This document shows, piece after piece, positions 53,558 to 64,000 of a stretch of DNA of 64,000 bases. This stretch comes from Candidatus Aminicenantes bacterium UBA2199. Lineage in GTDB: Bacteria; Acidobacteriota; Aminicenantia; UBA2199. Below the pieces are notes generated by a model, which was not told the DNA's origin, ran no database searches, and saw only the letters and a program-made list of their open reading frames with translations. The translations under genes were made by a program, and so were the position numbers. The stretch lies in assembly GCA_002327965.1 (NCBI GenBank), contig DCVB01000095.1:16659-80658 (forward strand), written 5' to 3'. How positions within the stretch are numbered: position 1 is the first letter of the stretch; every line of letters begins with the position of its first letter.

Positions 53558-54862
53558 CTACTTTTTCTTCTTGAGCTCTTCTTTGACCTTGCGCCAATAG
53601 GCCATGCGCTCGCGGATGTGCTTCTCGAAACCCATGGAGCCGGGCTGGTAGAAATCCTTCTCCCTGACCCCGTCGGGCAGGGTCTGGAGCAGCGAGGTCT
53701 TCTCGGGCAGGTCGTGGGCATAAACGTATTCCCGGCCCGCCCCCTTGCCGGCGGCGATGAAGTTGTCGGGGTTGACGATCGCCAGCGGCACGGGCAGCAT
53801 CCTGTACTTCTCGGCGAGCTTCTTCAGCTTGCCGTCGGCCGCGTACAGGGCGTTGCTCTTGGGCGCCAGCGCCAGGTAGACGGCCGCCTCGACCAGGAAC
53901 AGGTCGCCCTCGGGCGAACCCAGGAACTCGTAGGCCTCCTTGGCGTTGAGGCAGACGCGCAGGGCGTCGGGGTCGGCCAGGCCGATGTCCTCCACGGCCA
54001 TGCGCACCAGGCGCCGCAGGATGTAGAGCGGGTCCTCCCCCCCCTGCAGCATGCGGTACAGCCAGAACAGGGCGGCATCGACGTCGGAGTTGCGCACGCT
54101 CTTGTGCAGCGCCGATATGGTCTGGTAGCGGTCGTCGCCCGTGCGGTCGTAGCCGGCGACCTTGTTCTGGATGATGTCGAGGACCGCCGCCTCGTCGACG
54201 GGCTTTCCCGCTTCGGCCGTCTGGAAAACGATCTCCACCAGGTTGAGCAGGCGGCGGCCGTCGCCGCTGCCGTAGCCGATGACCACCGCCTCGGCTTCGG
54301 GGGTGAAGCGCACCTCGACCCCGGCCCGCTCGCGGATGAAGGCCAGGGCCTTGTCCAGGATGCGCCGCAGGTCCCCGGGCTGAAGCGGGAACAGCTCCAG
54401 GATCTTCAGCCGCGACAGCAGGGCGCGGTTGATCTTGTAGGCCGGGTTCTCGGTGGTCGTGCCCAGCAGGATGACGTCGCCGCGCTCGACATAGGGCAGG
54501 AAGGCGTCCTGCACGCTGCGGTTGAAATGGTGGATCTCGTCGACGAACAGCGCCAGGGGCCGCTTCGTTCCCAGGCGCGGCGTCCTGGCGCCGGCCATCA
54601 TCTTCTTGATCTCGGCGATGCCCGAGACCGTGGCCGAGAACTCGGTCGACGGGTAGCCGGCCTCGCGCACCAGGATGCGCGCCAGCGTCGTCTTGCCCGT
54701 CCCCGGCGGCCCCCAGAAGATCAGCGAGGCCAGGTTGCGGCCCTGCGCCAGGGCCTGGACGACCTTCTGTTGCCCGGTCAGGTGCTCCTGGCCGATGAAC
54801 TCGGAAAGTTGCTGCGGCCGCAGCCGGTCGGCCAGGGGAAACATGTCGCTGCGAGGATCCAT
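53558..54862 (-). CDS. rarA: Replication-associated recombination protein A (AAA+ ATPase RarA/MgsA)
   Basis: Walker A GPPGTGKTTLA, Walker B LFVDEIHHFN, and a C-terminal MgsA_C domain (ISALHKSVRNSD). Confidence 0.95.
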   Translation of the reverse strand: MDPRSDMFPLADRLRPQQLSEFIGQEHLTGQQKVVQALAQGRNLASLIFWGPPGTGKTTLARILVREAGYPSTEFSATVSGIAEIKKMMAGARTPRLGTKRPLALFVDEIHHFNRSVQDAFLPYVERGDVILLGTTTENPAYKINRALLSRLKILELFPLQPGDLRRILDKALAFIRERAGVEVRFTPEAEAVVIGYGSGDGRRLLNLVEIVFQTAEAGKPVDEAAVLDIIQNKVAGYDRTGDDRYQTISALHKSVRNSDVDAALFWLYRMLQGGEDPLYILRRLVRMAVEDIGLADPDALRVCLNAKEAYEFLGSPEGDLFLVEAAVYLALAPKSNALYAADGKLKKLAEKYRMLPVPLAIVNPDNFIAAGKGAGREYVYAHDLPEKTSLLQTLPDGVREKDFYQPGSMGFEKHIRERMAYWRKVKEELKKKK

Positions 54863-54877
54863 GGCTGGCGGGGGGGC

Positions 54878-55831
54878 TTACGGGTGGCGGTTCAGGATCA
54901 TGGCCGCCAGCAGCGGCACCAGGATCTCGTGCGGGCCGACGAAGTAGAAGCCCTTGCCGCCGCGGGTGGTCGGCCGCCGGCAGACGTTCTCCCGAGGCCG
55001 GTAGAGGCGCTGGAAATCGAACACGGCGGTGTGGAATTTCTGCAGCGCGATCCCCTGGGCGGCGCAGTAGGAGACGGCCTTGAGGAACACCTCGGGCAGG
55101 ATGACCGCCGAGCCGATGTTGAGGAAGACGCCGCCGTCGCTCAGCTCGGAAACAATCGAGGCCAGCAGCTGGAAATCGCGCTCGGCCAGGGCACCGCTGA
55201 CCGCGCCGGAGAACATCGGGTGGTAATGGATGAAATCGGTGCCGATGGCCGGGTGGATGGTCACCGGGATGTTCAGCCGGTAGGCGTTGAAGAGGACGCT
55301 GTCCTCCAGGTGGGGGAACTGGGCCTGGATCAGGTAGTGCCCCACCGCCTCGCCGGCGCCCATGCCCTGGGCCAGCCCGTCCTTCAGGGCCAGGTTCAGG
55401 AAGAGCCCCGTCTCTTCGGTGTTGCCGTAGGTGCCCTGCAGCAGGTTGCCGTCGACGTCCTCGGAGGTGTGGCCGACCAGGGCGAGCTCGAAGTCGTGGA
55501 TCATCATGGCGCCGTTGCTGGCGATGGCCGACACCCAGCCGCGCTGCATCAGGTCGACGAGCAGCGGCCCCAGGCCCAGCTTGACCACGTGGGCGCCCAT
55601 GGCCCAGATGATCGGCCGGTTCTTCTTCCTGGCCTGTCCCAGCAGATCCACCAGCTCACGCAGGTCGCGGGCGGCGAGGTAGGGGGGCAGGGAGTCGAGG
55701 AACTGGCGGAAGTCGGCGCCGGGCAGGCAGGGCTTGGGGAAATCCTTCAGGTGGACCAGGGAATGCCGCTCCTTGATGGAGACGGTCTTCATCTTTCTGC
55801 GCTCCAGCGGCCGGTATTTCGGGTAGGGCAT
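54878..55831 (-). CDS. Deoxyhypusine synthase-like family protein
   Basis: ATG 55831 (MPYPKYRPLERRK...). DHS-like Rossmann pattern as I recall it for bacterial DHS homologs (GAHVVKLGLGPLL..ASNGAMMIHDFELA..GNTEETG). The assignment is from memory and needs an HMM check. Confidence 0.55.
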   Translation of the reverse strand: MPYPKYRPLERRKMKTVSIKERHSLVHLKDFPKPCLPGADFRQFLDSLPPYLAARDLRELVDLLGQARKKNRPIIWAMGAHVVKLGLGPLLVDLMQRGWVSAIASNGAMMIHDFELALVGHTSEDVDGNLLQGTYGNTEETGLFLNLALKDGLAQGMGAGEAVGHYLIQAQFPHLEDSVLFNAYRLNIPVTIHPAIGTDFIHYHPMFSGAVSGALAERDFQLLASIVSELSDGGVFLNIGSAVILPEVFLKAVSYCAAQGIALQKFHTAVFDFQRLYRPRENVCRRPTTRGGKGFYFVGPHEILVPLLAAMILNRHP

Positions 55832-55833
55832 GG

Positions 55834-56379
55834 TTATTTCTTGACGGGGCCGCTGAGGCGGATGATGTACTCGACGCCGCTGTAGAGGGTCAGGAAAACG
55901 GCGATGTAGAGGACCGCGTTCCCCAGCAGCCGCAGCTGGTCCGCGAACGGCAGCTTGCGGTGGATGATCAGGATGGCCAGGGCGACGATCTGGAAGGTGG
56001 TCTTGAGCTTGGCCGGCAGCGAGGCCGAGAAGGAGGCGGCATGGACCAGGTAGTAGAAGCGGAAGACCGAGATGAACAGCTCGCGCAGGATGATGATCGC
56101 CGCCACCCAGGTCGCCACCTCCTGCAGGTAGACCAGGGCGATCAGCGCCGCCGCCACCAGCAGCTTGTCGGCCAGGGGATCGAGGAACTTGCCCAGGTCG
56201 CTGACCTGGTCGTACTTGCGGGCGACATAGCCGTCGATGGCATCGGTCACCGCGGCGATGACGAACACGGCAAAGGCGATGATCTCCTTGTTCTCCATCT
56301 CGGTCAGCAGGATGACCAGCACGAAGGGAACCATGATGATGCGGACGATGGTGATGATGTTGGCCTTTGTCATATGCAC
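55834..56379 (-). CDS. pgsA: CDP-diacylglycerol--glycerol-3-phosphate 3-phosphatidyltransferase
   Basis: CDP-alcohol phosphatidyltransferase motif DAIDGYVARK...G..LDPLADK. Confidence 0.9.
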   Translation of the reverse strand: MHMTKANIITIVRIIMVPFVLVILLTEMENKEIIAFAVFVIAAVTDAIDGYVARKYDQVSDLGKFLDPLADKLLVAAALIALVYLQEVATWVAAIIILRELFISVFRFYYLVHAASFSASLPAKLKTTFQIVALAILIIHRKLPFADQLRLLGNAVLYIAVFLTLYSGVEYIIRLSGPVKK

Positions 56380-56435
56380 CCCGGGCTATTGTACCGCGCG
56401 CCCGGGCGAAATGCAAACCGGGGCGCGTTCGGCGT

Positions 56436-57056
56436 TCACAGGCCGAAGGGCTCGGTCGGACCCGCTCCATGGCGAATGATAGCCGGGGCGGGTCCACTCA
56501 GGTCGATGATCGTGGACGGCACGTTGGCCAGCACGCCGGCGTCCAGGACCAGGTCGATGTCGTGGCGGAAGGTGGCGGCGATCTCCTGCGGGTCGGTGAA
56601 GTAGTCGTCCGCTCCCTGGGGCACCGAGGTGGAGAGCAGCGGCCGGCCCAGCTCGCGCGCCAGGCCCAGGGCCACCGCCGAGTCGGGGATGCGCACGCCG
56701 ACCGTCGGCCGCTTCTGCAGCAGGATCTTGGGCACCCGCTTGCTGGCGCGCAGGACGAAGGTGTACTTGCCCGGGGTGACCCGGCGCAGGATGCGGTAGG
56801 AGCTTGTGGGCAGGTAGGCCCAGTCGGCCACGGCGGCCAGGTCGGGGCAGACGAAGCTGAGCAGCTTGTGCGCGGAGGCCTGCTTCAGTTTGAAGATGCG
56901 CGCCATGGCCCCCTTGTTGAACAGGTCGGCGCCCAGCCCGTAGATGGTGTCGGTCGGGTAGACGATCAGGCCGCCGTTCTCCAAGACGCGCGCGGCGTGC
57001 TGCAGCAGCCGGCGGTGCGGATGGTCCAGGTCGATGTGCTGGATGTCGACGGCCAT
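56436..57056 (-). CDS. tsaC: L-threonylcarbamoyladenylate synthase (YrdC/TsaC domain)
   Basis: YPTDTIYGLGADL, the KLKQ...K segment and VRIP motifs. 206 aa single-domain form. Confidence 0.9.
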   Translation of the reverse strand: MAVDIQHIDLDHPHRRLLQHAARVLENGGLIVYPTDTIYGLGADLFNKGAMARIFKLKQASAHKLLSFVCPDLAAVADWAYLPTSSYRILRRVTPGKYTFVLRASKRVPKILLQKRPTVGVRIPDSAVALGLARELGRPLLSTSVPQGADDYFTDPQEIAATFRHDIDLVLDAGVLANVPSTIIDLSGPAPAIIRHGAGPTEPFGL

Positions 57057-57081
57057 GGCGCCCCCCCCTGCGCCGGCGGCC

Positions 57082-60615
<3,534 letters not shown>

Positions 60616-60748
60616 GATGGTTGTTCTCCTTTGTGTTTCGGGTAAAGCCCGGGAAACGCGAGCCATGGAACCCCAGCGGCCTTTCCGGGATGAATCAAGA
60701 AAAATGGTAACATACTATTGCAAAGGCTGTCAAATGGCCTTGCCGGCA

Positions 60749-61630
60749 TCACGGTCGATCCGACGCCTCAAAAATGAGCAGGGAAACCGAGAAGACGCCG
60801 CCAGGAAAGCCCGTTTTCCATCCCCAGACGACCCCGACGGCCAGGGCCTCGATTCCGGCGCCGAGCATCTCTTTCTCCAGCTCGGAGAGGATCCTGTCCA
60901 GTTCATTGAAACAGATGTTGACCGTCCGCATCTTGCCGGGGCTGGGGAAATCCATGCTGATGGGAATGCCGGCCAGTTTCTGCTGGGCGGAAACCCTGGC
61001 CAGGGTGCGCGCCGCCACGGCGATCACCGGCGTCACGCCGAATTTTTCCCGGTAGAACCGGCAGAGGCTGTTCTCAATGGCAACCATCACCTCCGGCGCC
61101 GACGGGCATTCGATGATGGCGGCGAACTCCTCGCTGACATAATAGCGGTTTCCCGCCCGGCAGACGCCGATCCCGGCCTGGAGCATGCGCTCGTCCAGGA
61201 TGTTGATCCGGTGCCGGACGCTGTCCATCAGCGCCGCGTGAATGAATTCGGCGCCGGGGGTCGGGCTGCGGGCGACATTCTCGCTGCTGGCGAGGAAACA
61301 GGCGTTGGCCTGGCGCAGTTTCTGCTCCGGCGTCGGCCAGCCGGGGAAATGGTGGCTCAAAAGCCCCTCGGCGGCCATCTTGGCACTGTGAGCCCTGGCG
61401 ATCTCCTGCAGGAGCGGATGCAGCTGCAGCGCCCTGCGCCCGAGGCGTTCGCGCTCGCGGTTGACCAGCTCCAGGAGCTCTGTCTCGATCTGCTCAGGAC
61501 CGGGCGGCACGTAGCGCTTGACGTCGGCGGCTGCCGGCGCCGCCAGCCATGCCGCGAGAACCAGCACCGCCAGCGGACGGCGGCACCGCCCGTTGGCGGC
61601 GGCCCGCTGGGATTTCCCGGTTTGACGCAT
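60749..61630 (-). CDS. Secreted CAP/SCP (YkwD-like) domain protein with uncharacterised C-terminal domain
   Basis: Signal peptide (LAVLVLAAWLAAPAAA). CAP-like segment LELVNRERERLGRRALQLHPLLQEIARAHSAKMA...SHH. Confidence 0.6.
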   Translation of the reverse strand: MRQTGKSQRAAANGRCRRPLAVLVLAAWLAAPAAADVKRYVPPGPEQIETELLELVNRERERLGRRALQLHPLLQEIARAHSAKMAAEGLLSHHFPGWPTPEQKLRQANACFLASSENVARSPTPGAEFIHAALMDSVRHRINILDERMLQAGIGVCRAGNRYYVSEEFAAIIECPSAPEVMVAIENSLCRFYREKFGVTPVIAVAARTLARVSAQQKLAGIPISMDFPSPGKMRTVNICFNELDRILSELEKEMLGAGIEALAVGVVWGWKTGFPGGVFSVSLLIFEASDRP

Positions 61631-61690
61631 GGTGTGCTTCTCCGATTCAGGGACGGATCAGGATACTGCGGTCACGGTCCATCCCCATTC

Positions 61691-62860
61691 TCAATCGCGG
61701 CGGAACAGGCGCTGCAGAAACCCGATGATGCCCTTTCTTGCCGTTCGCCGCGAAGAGCCGCCGGCGCCCTCCAGGGCCCTGAGGATCGCTTCGGCGTCCA
61801 CCTGCCGCGTCACCATCTCGATGATCGAGGCGATCTTGTCATTTTCATCGGGTTCCGTCTTGAACAGGTTGCGGGAAAGCTTCAGCGCCGATCCCTCCAG
61901 GCTGCTTTCGGTGAAGTAAAGCGGGATTTCCGCGGCTCCGCAGGCGGCCTGCCGCCGATGATCGGGAGCCCCCCCGCATACCACCATCACCGGAGGGCAT
62001 GGCCCGCCCGAGAGCCGTGACACGATCACGGCGTCCATCACCTCGGGCCTGGTATGGCTCACCAGCAGGGCCTTGCCCGCCTCGGATTCCAATTTCCTGA
62101 GTACTTCTTCCGAAGAATCAAAGGCCGCGATGAATCCCGAGCCGCCGCCTGCGGGGGCGGCAGCGGAGCTGAAGAGGGGCGAGGCGCCGATCTCCCGGGT
62201 GATCGTGGCGATGGACGGCCGGGCGATCCGCTCCTCGAAGGGAAGTATGCCGAACACGGGGATGCCCTGGCCGCCGAACCACTTTCGCAGTACCGCGGCC
62301 ACGGCCTCCATTTTCGCGGGGAGCACCCGGTTGATCACCACCCCGAGCAGGGGAACGCCATGAGTCTTGAACAGCGCCTGGCAGAGGCAGAAACTGTCGA
62401 TGGTGCTTCCCACCCCCCCATCCAGGACCAGCACGACCGGGATCCCCAGCCCGGAGGCCACCCTGGCGTTTCCCAGGTCGAAAACCGACCCGACACCCGG
62501 GTGACCGGTTCCCTCCACCAGGACCAGGCCGCTGTTCTTCTGATAGTTTTTGAATGACCGTTTCACGGCGTCCCGCATGCCGCGCGGCTCGCCGGTTCTC
62601 ACATATCTCTCGGCAGCGCCCCGGGATGCCAGCAAAGGGGTCGATTCCATGCGGGAAAAGGAAAGCCCGAGGGCCTTGGAGATGAACCAGGCATCCTGTC
62701 CCACCGATTCGCCGTCGACCACCGTGATCTTCTGCCCCAGGGGCTTGAAGAAGGACACGCCGCCCTCGACCAGCTTGTTGAAGACTTCGGCGAGGCCCAG
62801 GCAGAGTGTCGTCTTCCCCGCGTCCTTGCCCGCACCCGCGATGTAGATCCCCCGGTTCAT
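61691..62860 (-). CDS. P-loop (CobQ/BioD-like) + DRTGG domain protein resembling the N-terminal half of long phosphotransacetylases, no PTA catalytic domain
   Basis: GIYIAGAGKDAGKTTLCLGL P-loop and LVEGTGHPGVGS. Central DRTGG-like region (LLVSHTRPEVMDAVI..VVCGG). Confidence 0.6.
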   Translation of the reverse strand: MNRGIYIAGAGKDAGKTTLCLGLAEVFNKLVEGGVSFFKPLGQKITVVDGESVGQDAWFISKALGLSFSRMESTPLLASRGAAERYVRTGEPRGMRDAVKRSFKNYQKNSGLVLVEGTGHPGVGSVFDLGNARVASGLGIPVVLVLDGGVGSTIDSFCLCQALFKTHGVPLLGVVINRVLPAKMEAVAAVLRKWFGGQGIPVFGILPFEERIARPSIATITREIGASPLFSSAAAPAGGGSGFIAAFDSSEEVLRKLESEAGKALLVSHTRPEVMDAVIVSRLSGGPCPPVMVVCGGAPDHRRQAACGAAEIPLYFTESSLEGSALKLSRNLFKTEPDENDKIASIIEMVTRQVDAEAILRALEGAGGSSRRTARKGIIGFLQRLFRRD

Positions 62861-63012
62861 GCGCCCCCCGCGTCAGGGGAACCATCCCGGAACCTAACGA
62901 AAAGAGCGGAGGAACCGCTCCCGGTGCCGGCGATCGGGACGCAACGGCCGGCCATCCGGAACGGCAGAAACGGCCTCTTTTCGCTTTGGGCGATCTCCAG
63001 GTTTTCGGCCAT
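62857..63012 (-). CDS. Small hypothetical protein (51 aa) translationally coupled to the DRTGG protein
   Basis: GGAGGTG SD 4 nt upstream of ATG 63012 (MAENLEIAQSEKRPFLPF...). The stop overlaps the downstream ATG (ATGA at 62857-62860). Confidence 0.4.
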   Translation of the reverse strand: MAENLEIAQSEKRPFLPFRMAGRCVPIAGTGSGSSALFVRFRDGSPDAGGA

Positions 63013-63093
63013 GAGGCACCTCCAGGACCCGATTCTAGCGCAAAAAAGGGGCTCCGGCAAACAGCGGGGAACTTCCCTTGCCAGACAAGGTGA

Positions 63094-64000
<907 letters not shown>

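Overview
High-GC (roughly 60-65% by eye) chromosomal segment from a diderm, probably anaerobic bacterium. BamA, Skp, LpxA, LpxI, TonB-dependent receptor, PFOR and tricorn protease are present, and the lineage looks Acidobacteriota/Aminicenantes-like, though this is unverified. I call about 53 protein-coding genes. I recognised no rRNA, tRNA, CRISPR array, transposase or integrase. Gene content from left to right: (1) a nucleotide/purine scavenging and catabolism island at 103-16369, containing a TonB receptor, secreted 5'-nucleotidase, PNP, XdhC, MocA-like protein, hydantoinase, an unusual PLP enzyme, a TGS-uridine kinase fusion, SsnA and an XdhD-like Mo/FeS dehydrogenase; (2) ATP-grasp ligase, MscS and lysine 2,3-aminomutase; (3) a GT51 glycosyltransferase with a long N-terminal extension; (4) PanE, VKOR and a transglutaminase; (5) a MacAB-type efflux operon; (6) GltS; (7) a PRTase + DprA-like pair with ShosTA-like architecture; (8) tricorn protease; (9) a bamA-skp-fabZ-lpxA-lpxI envelope operon; (10) housekeeping genes (dtd, yjbQ, AMMECR1, rarA, pgsA, tsaC); (11) PFOR; (12) a partial RND pump. 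The most striking feature is non-coding. Nearly every intergenic spacer longer than about 100 bp (at least 15 loci) is a mosaic of short arrays. Each array holds 3-6 imperfect tandem copies of a 6-, 7- or 8-nt unit (GTGACGC, GTAAGGN, GGTTTAC, GCATAAC, TTCGAYG, TTGGAAT, CTGACA, CACTAN and others). The arrays often sit in inverted pairs joined by GGGAAGAAAAGAGG-type linkers. The modules assemble into larger recurring composites: a ~135-bp element in 4 near-identical copies plus a variant with different cargo, a 94-bp tandem duplication, and ~260-bp inverted composites that bracket a 3-gene segment. I do not recognise this as a described repeat family. It resembles REP/BIME mosaics in logic, but it is built from microsatellite-like modules. 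Long antisense ORFs in the six-frame track are high-GC artefacts and are not called.
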